DNA from: Deinococcales bacterium
GTDB taxonomy: Bacteria > Deinococcota > Deinococci > Deinococcales > JAAFIG01
Direction: 5' to 3'
Length of the DNA: 64,000 nt
NCBI GenBank assembly: GCA_031414595.1
Contig: JANNVX010000041.1
Coordinates: 1-64,000 of the forward strand
This document shows positions 10,201 to 18,428 of the stretch, in pieces; the stretch's first letter is position 1, and each line of letters opens with the position of its first letter. Below the pieces are notes generated by a model. It saw only the letters and a program-made list of their open reading frames with translations, ran no database searches and had not been told where the DNA came from. Both the position numbers and the translations under genes were made by a program.

Positions 10201-11399
10201 GCAAAAAGAAAATAAAACTTGCTTTAAGCAGTGTTCGGGTTAATAATTTCAAGGCTATTCGTAATTCTAAAACCGTGAAATTTACGCCTTTAACTGTTTT
10301 TATTGGGGATAATGGTTCGGGTAAAAGTAGTTTGTTTGAAGCGCTCGAGACCCTGCAAATCATGAGCGAACATGGTTTGGATGCTGCGATGAATCGTTGG
10401 CGTGGTTTTGAGTTTGTATGGAATCAGACGGCTCGAGCCAATGCAAAAACGTATTTGGATGCTTCTAATAGCGAAGCCACCCGCAAGTTGTACGAAAATG
10501 CTATTACTTTTGATCTTCAAGGAGATTGGAGTGCTGCAAAATATCGGGTATTTTCAGAAATTAGTTTGGTATTGACTCAAAATACCACGAGTTTAGTTAT
10601 CAGTACCGAAAAAATTGAACATACCAATTTAACAGTACAAAGAAATGTTTTTGGAGATACCGAACTGTTGGATGAAGATGAATTTGGTCCTCGGGTTTTT
10701 TTAGAATATAAACTTTCTGATGGTGAATCCGCTATTTCTCGAGGTCTTGGTAATTTTCTCGAGCGGTGGCAGTTTGTGTTGCTTGCGCCAGAAATTATGG
10801 GTGTGCCAATACCTCAAAAACGCACTTCGGGTGCAGTAAAATTGGCTCGAGATGGCTCGAATATCGCTGATTATCTACGTGATATTCTGAGTAAAGACCC
10901 CATTGCTTACGAGGGGATTGTTGAGGTTTTCAAAGAGGTAGTACCTTTTGCTCGGGATTTACAAACTCAGGTGGCTCAGGAATTACAACGCACAGTCTAC
11001 CTCGAGATGACTGAAGGGAATTTTAAGATTCCTGGTTGGATGCTTTCGACAGGTACAATTCGTGTTTTGGCTATTATTGCGTTGTTGCGGCATCCGACCC
11101 CACCACCAATTATTTTTATTGAAGAACTCGAGAATGGACTTGATCCTCGTACTCTAAATTTAATTGTTGAGGAAATTCGTCGGGCAGTGGAACTCGAGAA
11201 AACCCAAGTGGTAATTACAACCCATTCGCCGTATTTATTAGATTTATTATCGTTATCGCAAATTGTTGTGGTTGAAAGGGTCAATGGTCAACCAGTATTT
11301 ACCCGTCCTGCTAACCAAGATTCGTTGGCGGCTTGGCTCGAGAAGTTCAGTCCGGGGCAGTTGTACACAATGGGTCGTTTGCGGGGAGTAAATTCATGA
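10197..11399 (+). CDS. AAA_21/ABC-type ATPase
   Basis: VNNFKAI, GDNGSGKS (Walker A), LSTGT signature, FIEELENGLDP (Walker B), TTHSPYLL. Confidence 0.9.
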   Translation: MSKKKIKLALSSVRVNNFKAIRNSKTVKFTPLTVFIGDNGSGKSSLFEALETLQIMSEHGLDAAMNRWRGFEFVWNQTARANAKTYLDASNSEATRKLYENAITFDLQGDWSAAKYRVFSEISLVLTQNTTSLVISTEKIEHTNLTVQRNVFGDTELLDEDEFGPRVFLEYKLSDGESAISRGLGNFLERWQFVLLAPEIMGVPIPQKRTSGAVKLARDGSNIADYLRDILSKDPIAYEGIVEVFKEVVPFARDLQTQVAQELQRTVYLEMTEGNFKIPGWMLSTGTIRVLAIIALLRHPTPPPIIFIEELENGLDPRTLNLIVEEIRRAVELEKTQVVITTHSPYLLDLLSLSQIVVVERVNGQPVFTRPANQDSLAAWLEKFSPGQLYTMGRLRGVNS

Positions 11400-12058
11400 C
11401 GCAACCAATTAAACGAAAACTGGGTTTAATTGTTGAATGTGGTCCGCTCGGAGCAGACTTAAAGGTTTTTAAGCACATTGTCACCAGATTAGATGTGAGT
11501 ACAGTTATCGAACCCATCACTCTGGATAATAAGAAAAAACTGATTGCTGGTTGTGGTGAAAGTACCGTGCGTTTATTGGCAGAGGGTTGTGAACGTGTTT
11601 TGATTGTCTGGGATTTATTTCCTGCTTGGCGTGAAGATGGTCAAAAACCATGTCGTAAAACAGATCGTGAGCAGATTTTTGCTGCTTTGGTAGCGGCTGG
11701 TGTTGCACCAAAAGATTTTGAATCACCCCAAGTCGGTACTGCCGATAGACGAAAGGTTTTTTTGGTTTGTATCGAAGAAGAACTCGAGGCTTGGTTATTG
11801 GCAGATCATCAGGCGGTTGCTACAATTCTCTCGAGAGATAGCTACCAAGTGAGAGTTCCTGCAACAAAAAATCCAGAAGAAATAGATAATCCGAAGAAAA
11901 GATTAACAAGATTTTTTAAGCAGTTAGGCGGTGTTGAGTACAATGATCGGGTTCATGCAGAAAAAGTCATTAAAGAAGTAGCAAATTTTAGGCAAATTGC
12001 TCGAGCCTGTCCGACTTTTTCACGATTTGTGCTGCACGCAGTTCATAAGGTTTTCTAA
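11396..12058 (+). CDS. DUF4276/RloB-like (Toprim-fold) protein partnering the ATPase
   Basis: GLIVEC..., VLIVWD, EELEAWLLAD, PEEIDNPK, CPTFSRF pattern. ATG 11396 overlaps the ATPase stop (ATGA). Confidence 0.7.
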   Translation: MTQPIKRKLGLIVECGPLGADLKVFKHIVTRLDVSTVIEPITLDNKKKLIAGCGESTVRLLAEGCERVLIVWDLFPAWREDGQKPCRKTDREQIFAALVAAGVAPKDFESPQVGTADRRKVFLVCIEEELEAWLLADHQAVATILSRDSYQVRVPATKNPEEIDNPKKRLTRFFKQLGGVEYNDRVHAEKVIKEVANFRQIARACPTFSRFVLHAVHKVF

Positions 12059-12162
12059 TTTCGTTTTTTAACTTGGATTTTACAGGACAAAGAGAACACG
12101 CATTTACTCGAGCAGGGAGCAAGTGTTTTTCAAAAATAATCTACGAGTGCTTAATCTTTTGC

Positions 12163-13278
12163 CTAATTCCGTGTCTGTGTGTCGGCTGCGTCACGCAGGG
12201 CATCGCCAAAGAAATTAAATGCCAATACCGACAAAATAATCATTCCGCCCGGAATCAATAACCATGGGGTGCGGGTCAGTACACCAAATCCACCCTCGCG
12301 CACTTCAGCAAGCAGAATTCCCCAACTGGTCATTGGTTCTTTGACTCCCAAGCCAAGAAAACTTAGGGCGCTTTCGCCAAGGATATAGCCCGGAATGGCA
12401 AGACTGGCAGTCACAATTAAATAACTGGTCAGGTTCGGCACAATATGGCGCAGAATAATCCGTAAATCCGAAGCACCAAGGGCTTTGGCAGCTTGGGTAT
12501 AATCTACACTCTTGGCACTTAAGACCAAACCACGCACCACCCTTGCCAGTCCAGCCCACCCAATAAAGGCAAGCACCGCCACAATCCCAAGATAGACATA
12601 GGTGCTGGGCCAATTGGCGGGAATGACATACGAGAGCGCCAGTAAAATCGGTAAGCGTGGAAAGCTCATCAGCACTTCGGTGATACGCTGAATCAGCATG
12701 TCAATCCAACCGCCGTAATAGCCGCTAATGCCGCCCATGAGAATGCCAATGCTAAACGAAATCAGAATGCCAATAATCCCGACAGTTAAAGAAACTTGCG
12801 AACCAACCACCATTCTCGAGAATAAGCAACGCCCAAGTTTATCCGTGCCAAGCGGGAAATAGTTGCCATTTTCAATGCCAAATAAATGCAGATTGGTTTT
12901 GAAGCCAAGTAAATTGTACTCTTCGCCCCTTGCTAGTAATTTAATCGCTTGGGGATTGGTTTTATCCTCAGAATAGTTCTTTTCAAAAGTCACAGGGTCC
13001 CTGGTCACTTTCATTGGATAAGTAAAAGGAAGCCGCAAACCACCTTCATGAACAATATGCACAGGCTGTGGCGGTTGCAAAGGAGATTCGTAGTGCTGGG
13101 TTTCGATGGCATAAGGTGCAAAAAAACCAGCCAATAAGGCAATAAAGTACATTACCGCCAGAATCCAAAACCCAACCACACCAAGACGGTTCTTCTTAAA
13201 GCGCCGCAAAGCCAGTTGCCAAAGACTAAACGAAACTTTTTCTTCTGGGGCTGCCCCACTCGAGACTGCAACGCTCAT
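12163..13278 (-). CDS. Oligopeptide/dipeptide ABC transporter permease (OppC/DppC-like)
   Basis: PLGTDKLGR, EAA-like YTQAAKALGASDLRII, ESALSFLGLG, FFGDALRDAAD. Confidence 0.92.
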   Translation of the reverse strand: MSVAVSSGAAPEEKVSFSLWQLALRRFKKNRLGVVGFWILAVMYFIALLAGFFAPYAIETQHYESPLQPPQPVHIVHEGGLRLPFTYPMKVTRDPVTFEKNYSEDKTNPQAIKLLARGEEYNLLGFKTNLHLFGIENGNYFPLGTDKLGRCLFSRMVVGSQVSLTVGIIGILISFSIGILMGGISGYYGGWIDMLIQRITEVLMSFPRLPILLALSYVIPANWPSTYVYLGIVAVLAFIGWAGLARVVRGLVLSAKSVDYTQAAKALGASDLRIILRHIVPNLTSYLIVTASLAIPGYILGESALSFLGLGVKEPMTSWGILLAEVREGGFGVLTRTPWLLIPGGMIILSVLAFNFFGDALRDAADTQTRN

Positions 13279-13341
13279 ACATGTACCTCGAGAAGAACAA
13301 AAAAGCTGTTCCCCTTCGCCTTTGCCTTGTTGCCCTTTGCC

Positions 13342-14313
13342 TTAGTCATAACGAATCCTCGGGTCAACCGCAGCCAAACCAATATCAGCCAGTAAATTCC
13401 CAATCATCAACATAAATGCCGATAACAACAAAATACTCATCACCACATATTGGTCTTTGGCGAGTAAACTGCTGTACATAAAAGGTCCTAAAGTCGGTAA
13501 ATTCATCACCACCGCCCCGATTAACGTGCCACTGACCAATTCGGACAAACTAAAACCAGCGCTCGAGACCAGTGGGTTAAGGGCGTTTCGCACCGCATGA
13601 CGGTAGGTCACAATCCGTTCGGCTAATCCCTTGCTGCGGGCAGTTCGCACATAATCTTGGTTCAGGACATCGAGTAAACTGGCTCGCATTTGGCGTTGCA
13701 GACTAGCAATGTGATTCAAACCAAAGACCAAAATGGCGGGCCAGAGATGGTTCAGATGATCCCAGAATTTTGCCCATGACCACGGCGCATCAATAAATTC
13801 GTTGCTGAATAAACCGCCGACGTTCGTGCCACCAAACCCCAGAATCAGGCTAAATAACAGTAAGCCCAGTAAAAAATCTGGCACAGCTAAACCAATATAG
13901 CCAAAGAAACTAGCCACACTGTCCACCAAACCGTTTTTACGCACGGCGGTAAAAATCCCTAACGGAATAGCAATCAACCAACTAAAAATCAGCGATAAAC
14001 CCGCCACTTCGATGGTCCACCACAGGTATTCACCGATTAAACTGGTTACTGGGCGATTGTTGACAAATGAATAGCCCAAATCAAAACGGGTAATGATTCC
14101 CCAAAGCCAGTTAAAATACTGCACCATCACGGGCTGATCCAAACCATACTGAATTTTTAGGCGCTCGACCGTTTCTGGCGAAAAACGCGGATCCTCGAGG
14201 TAGGTGTCTATAAAACTGGTGGGTTGCAACTGAATCACCCAAAAAGAAATAAAAGACACCACTAATAACGTCGGCAAAATACCTAAACAGCGTTTCAATA
14301 AAAAGGTCAGCAT
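13342..14313 (-). CDS. Oligopeptide/dipeptide ABC transporter permease (OppB/DppB-like)
   Basis: YGLDQP, DLGYS, QDYVRTARSKGL, HAVRNAL, DPRIR. Confidence 0.92.
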   Translation of the reverse strand: MLTFLLKRCLGILPTLLVVSFISFWVIQLQPTSFIDTYLEDPRFSPETVERLKIQYGLDQPVMVQYFNWLWGIITRFDLGYSFVNNRPVTSLIGEYLWWTIEVAGLSLIFSWLIAIPLGIFTAVRKNGLVDSVASFFGYIGLAVPDFLLGLLLFSLILGFGGTNVGGLFSNEFIDAPWSWAKFWDHLNHLWPAILVFGLNHIASLQRQMRASLLDVLNQDYVRTARSKGLAERIVTYRHAVRNALNPLVSSAGFSLSELVSGTLIGAVVMNLPTLGPFMYSSLLAKDQYVVMSILLLSAFMLMIGNLLADIGLAAVDPRIRYD

Positions 14314-14362
14314 GGTTTTCCTGTGGGTTACATCATATTACTTATTGGCAAGTCCAAGCAAC

Positions 14363-14533
14363 TTAAGTATCTTCGCGCTTCGCGAAATGATTTTCGGTGA
14401 CTGCCAGTGGGCAGAATTCCACACCAGTGCAACTGACCACGCCTTCGACAATTTTATTTGGGTAGGGTGTGTGGCGCGTAAAAAATGGCTGTGCCGGCAC
14501 CATCTCGAGGTCTTGGGTTTTGATATTGGACAT
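14363..14533 (-). CDS. 56-aa ORF that is a diverged copy of an internal NirA segment (mini-protein or pseudogene fragment)
   Basis: AAGGAG RBS, ATG at 14533, MSNIKTQDLEMVPAQPFFTRHTPYPNKIVEGVVSCTGVEFCPLAVTENHFAKREDT*. 14399-14527 aligns with 18783-18911. Confidence 0.55.
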   Translation of the reverse strand: MSNIKTQDLEMVPAQPFFTRHTPYPNKIVEGVVSCTGVEFCPLAVTENHFAKREDT

Positions 14534-14544
14534 AAACACTCCTT

Positions 14545-14594
14545 TTGTTGACAGGGGCTAGTCGGCTGCTTGTTGACAGGGGCTAGTCGGCTGC
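14545..14594. repeat. Perfect 25-bp tandem duplication spanning the stop codon of the nitrate reductase fusion
   Basis: TTGTTGACAGGGGCTAGTCGGCTGC x2. Confidence 0.9.
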
Positions 14595-17500
14595 AACGGT
14601 TGGGCTGGGGGTACGGCTTGGGATTTGCAGAGTGTGTTCACCACTGGTACGAACCAACTCGAGTTCGGTTTTTAGGCGTTCAATCTCGAGACGCAGCACC
14701 GCCACGTAAAAAACAGCGAAACTCAGCAGGGTCAGCACCGTTAAAACAATAAAAATAATTTGCGGATAGCTTTTGCCAAGGGCAGCGAACAATAAAGGCA
14801 AGGCAAATCCGCCAAGTCCGCCAAGCAGCCCGACCAAACCACCGACCACGCCTATATCCTTGGCGTACCAATGGGTTACTAATTTGTAATTACTGGCTTT
14901 ACCAACCCCCATGCCAATACCAACCAGCACAGTCAGGCTTGTAAAAATCGGTAAGGTAATGATACTGGCTGGCAGCGAAAGAGCAGCCACAGCAATCATC
15001 ATCACCATAAACGAAGCCAAGGTAATCGGACGAGCGCCAAATTTATCGGATAAATAGCCACCCAGTGGGCGCAACAAACTGGCTGGAAAGATAAACAGCG
15101 CCGTTAATAAACCTGCGGTACTGAGTGGCAGATTGTAGACATCTTCGTAGTATTTAGGCAGCCACAGCGCAAGGGCGACATATGCTCCAAAGAAAATCAC
15201 ATAGTACAAACCAAAACGCCAAACCTGAATTTTGGTCAGTGGACGCAACCACTCGAGCATGGTTTTACGGGTAGTGGTGGCTTTGTCCTTTGGGGCGTAA
15301 AGCCGAATAAACAGCGCCGCCAAAACCAAGGCAATCCCGAAACTAAACGGCACAAAGCGCCAACCGTAAAAAAACAAACCGCTCGAGGCTGGAATAATGC
15401 CAATCATGGTTGGGGCAAGTAACTTGGTGATACTCGCGCCAACATTACCCGCGCCAAATGTACCAAGGGCTAAACCACTTTTTTCTTTTGCCACCCAAGT
15501 TCCAATCCAAGCGTTGCCTATCGCAAAACTGACACCAGCACAACCAATAAAAAAAGCAAGCGTTAAAATACTCGAGTAGGTGCTTAAAGTCGGTAAAATA
15601 AAAGCCGTACAAGCTGTAAATAGCATCAGTAAAACAAACATATTGCGTCCGCCAAACCGTTCTGCCATGATGCCCGCCGGTAAACGCAACAGCGAACCCG
15701 TCAGGATTGGCACAGCCGTTAAAAGTGCAAATTGTGAATCGGTTAAGCCCAGTTCTTTACGCAGTGCCAGACCAACAATTGAAAACATCACCCAAACCGC
15801 AAACATCAGCGTAAAGCCAATGGTCGCAGCCGTGATCACTCGAGCCTCTTGGGTTTGCTTAAAAACAAAAGTATTATTTTTAGCTCGGTTGCGACCAGCT
15901 TCTCGAGTGGTTGCCCCAGACAGCAGCGCCCCATACCCCAAAGGCATTTGATTCGGGGCAAAAATCGGGTGTAGCGCAGGAATTTCAAGGCTATCCGAGA
16001 TTCGCTCGAGTTTGGCTGGAGTGACCTTAAAGTCTGGCATTTTACTGGTTGGGTCTAAGGTGGCTTTGGTCAGGCGGTTGGCGTTTTCTAACCCAGCGTA
16101 ATGAAAAGTGGTAAAAACCGTGTCCTCACGAATAGAATCTTGAATCTGTACTTCAAAATCAGCACTGCCAGATTCGGTACTGACCCGTATTTTTTCGCCC
16201 TTTTGCACCCCATGTTTTTTAGCGAGGTTCGGGTGAATCTCGAGAACCGCATGAGGTGCTTTTTGATTCAGTTTATGGTTGCGCCGAGTTTGTGTGCCAC
16301 TTTGGTACTGATGGGCATTGCGTCCGGTCGTAAAATAGACAGGGCGTTCAAAACTGGCAATTTCGGTTGGTAAACGGTAGCTAATTGGCTCGAGATGGGC
16401 TAAACCATCGGTGTGGGCAAAGCGAGTCTTGAATGGTTCGGGTGTTCCTGCATGACTAAGGTCAGGGCAAGGATAAAAAATACCGTTTGGCTCGAGTTTC
16501 TCGTAGGTTATACCCGAGTAATCGGCACTTGAACCTTTGGTAGCAGCGGACAGTTCTGTAAAAATTTCTCGAGGGCTGCTAAAGGCGAATTTATCTGTTT
16601 GCCCCAAACTTGCAGCCACAGCACAGAGAATTTCCCAATCGGCTTTTGTATCTCCGGGCAAGTCGGTCACGCGACGACGACGCAAGACCCGCCCCTCAAG
16701 GTTGGTCATTGTGCCGTCCTCCTCGAGCCACATGCTGCCGGGCAAGACCACATCGGCAAGTTGGGCGGTTTCGGACAAGAAAAAATCAATCACCACCAAA
16801 TGCTCGAGTGAACCCAAGTTACGTGTAACAGCCGTGCTATTGGCAGCACTGACGACTGGGTTTGAGCCAATCACCAATAAGCCCTGAATGCTTGTGCCAC
16901 ACGCCCCAAGTAATTCCTGAGCGCTTAAGCCTTTGCGGGGTAAATCGGTCTCTGCAATGCCCCAAAAATCCGACATGAAGGCTCGAGATGCTGGGTCTTC
17001 GATTAACCGGTAGCCCGGTAATTGGTCGGCTTTCTGCCCATGTTCGCGTCCGCCTTGTCCATTGCCTTGACCAGTTAATGGTGCATAAAAACCACCCGTT
17101 GCCAGTGCCAAGTTGATTAGCGCTTTGATTGTTTCGACCCCTCGAGAAGACTGTTCTGGACCACGCCCCGACAAAATCAGCAGCTTACCTTTTAAGGCAC
17201 TTGTGCCAATCACCCGAGCCATTTCGCGGATAACCACGGCATCCACACCACAGCGAGCCGCCGCCCAAGTTGGGGTACAGTAACGAACACTCTGAGCCAC
17301 TGCTTCCCAACCCGAGACCCGAGACTCGAGGAAATCAAGGTTAATCAGGTTTTGCGAAATTAAGGCATTGAGTAAACCCAATGCCAGCGCTAAATCGCCG
17401 TTTGGTTGAACTGGAATATGCAGTGTCCCAAGTTTGGTGCTGGGCGTAGCCCTTGGGTCTACCACAATAATCGGAGCGCCATTTTTACGCGCCCGAGCCA

Positions 17501-18059
17501 CAAATTGCGAGACTGGTGGCAGGGTTTCGGCAAGGTTACTGCCCCACAGCACAATGCAGCTTGCCTCGGACACCTGCTCGAGTGGAAACGGCAGCCCCCT
17601 GTCCATGCCGTAGACTGCTTTCATCGCAGCCCCAGCGCTGCTCATGCAGTAGCGCCCGTTGTAATCAATGTTGGCGGTTTTTAAGGCAACTCTGGCAAAT
17701 TTAGCCAGTAAATAGGTTTTTTCGTTGGTCAGGCTACCGCCACCAAAGACCGCAAAGGCATTGTTGCCATGCTCGGCTTGGATTTTTTTGATGTTTTTTG
17801 CCACTCGAGCCAGTGCGTCTTCCCAAGAGGCTGGCACAAGTTCGCCATTAACGCGGATAAGCGGGCTTAAAAGCCGATAGTGGTGGCGCGGTTCGTCGAG
17901 TGCCACCAAACCTTTTTTACAGACACTACCGTGGGCTACTGGACAAGCGGGGGTGCTGCGAAGTGCCAGTAATTCGTTGCCTTTATGCTCGATTTCAAAA
18001 GTACACTGCACCGCGCAATACGGGCAAGTGGTCAGGGTCACTTGGGTCTCGAGATTCAT
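14583..18059 (-). CDS. Assimilatory nitrate reductase catalytic subunit (molybdopterin, NarB/NasC-like) fused to a NarK-type nitrate/nitrite MFS transporter
   Basis: TTCPYCAVQC...CKKG 4Fe-4S motif, RYCMSSA, LTGQGNGQGGRE, C-terminal KMPDFK. This is followed by a multi-helix MFS with nitrate-signature GTFGAGNVG, GSLLRLP and LLRPLGGYLSDKFG. Confidence 0.85.
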   Translation of the reverse strand: MNLETQVTLTTCPYCAVQCTFEIEHKGNELLALRSTPACPVAHGSVCKKGLVALDEPRHHYRLLSPLIRVNGELVPASWEDALARVAKNIKKIQAEHGNNAFAVFGGGSLTNEKTYLLAKFARVALKTANIDYNGRYCMSSAGAAMKAVYGMDRGLPFPLEQVSEASCIVLWGSNLAETLPPVSQFVARARKNGAPIIVVDPRATPSTKLGTLHIPVQPNGDLALALGLLNALISQNLINLDFLESRVSGWEAVAQSVRYCTPTWAAARCGVDAVVIREMARVIGTSALKGKLLILSGRGPEQSSRGVETIKALINLALATGGFYAPLTGQGNGQGGREHGQKADQLPGYRLIEDPASRAFMSDFWGIAETDLPRKGLSAQELLGACGTSIQGLLVIGSNPVVSAANSTAVTRNLGSLEHLVVIDFFLSETAQLADVVLPGSMWLEEDGTMTNLEGRVLRRRRVTDLPGDTKADWEILCAVAASLGQTDKFAFSSPREIFTELSAATKGSSADYSGITYEKLEPNGIFYPCPDLSHAGTPEPFKTRFAHTDGLAHLEPISYRLPTEIASFERPVYFTTGRNAHQYQSGTQTRRNHKLNQKAPHAVLEIHPNLAKKHGVQKGEKIRVSTESGSADFEVQIQDSIREDTVFTTFHYAGLENANRLTKATLDPTSKMPDFKVTPAKLERISDSLEIPALHPIFAPNQMPLGYGALLSGATTREAGRNRAKNNTFVFKQTQEARVITAATIGFTLMFAVWVMFSIVGLALRKELGLTDSQFALLTAVPILTGSLLRLPAGIMAERFGGRNMFVLLMLFTACTAFILPTLSTYSSILTLAFFIGCAGVSFAIGNAWIGTWVAKEKSGLALGTFGAGNVGASITKLLAPTMIGIIPASSGLFFYGWRFVPFSFGIALVLAALFIRLYAPKDKATTTRKTMLEWLRPLTKIQVWRFGLYYVIFFGAYVALALWLPKYYEDVYNLPLSTAGLLTALFIFPASLLRPLGGYLSDKFGARPITLASFMVMMIAVAALSLPASIITLPIFTSLTVLVGIGMGVGKASNYKLVTHWYAKDIGVVGGLVGLLGGLGGFALPLLFAALGKSYPQIIFIVLTVLTLLSFAVFYVAVLRLEIERLKTELELVRTSGEHTLQIPSRTPSPTVAAD

Positions 18060-18128
18060 GCTGCACCAACTGTACGGGTGTTCATAGATACTTTCTCGAG
18101 GCTCAGCACAGGAAGTAAGCTCTTAGGC

Positions 18129-18382
18129 ACTCCCCCCAGCGCGGAGCGCTGACCCCCTCGAAAAAGAGGGGGTTTTTTGGCAGTGTTTTTTTGTTTTAGT
18201 TGTCCCCCAATTAAAACGACAACACAAACTGAACAACCCTCTCCCGCGCTGTTTGGCGGGATGAGGGTGTCGCGCCTAAGCGCGGCGGGTGAGGGTTGGG
18301 ATGCGGTATGGGCTATTACATTTTGAGCAATAGGTTTTTGCTCTTTTGTGCCAAAAATCCTCACTGCAAGGGTCGCCCCTAC
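18129..18382. repeat. Cluster of palindromic repeat remnants between nirA and the nitrate reductase
   Basis: CCCCCTCGAAAAAGAGGGGG hairpin; CCCTCTCCCGC...GCGGGATGAGGG...GCGGGTGAGGG; half-REP GCAAGGGTCGCCCCTAC (18366-18382). Confidence 0.6.
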
Positions 18383-18428
18383 AGTTGATTGACAAATTTG
18401 ATATTCCGCTCTCGAGAAAGAAAAAAAA

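Noticed and set aside
2693-12058. Calling the island a complete DISARM or BREX system
   Set aside because: No DrmA/DrmB (DUF1998), PglZ or BrxC-like genes were recognised.
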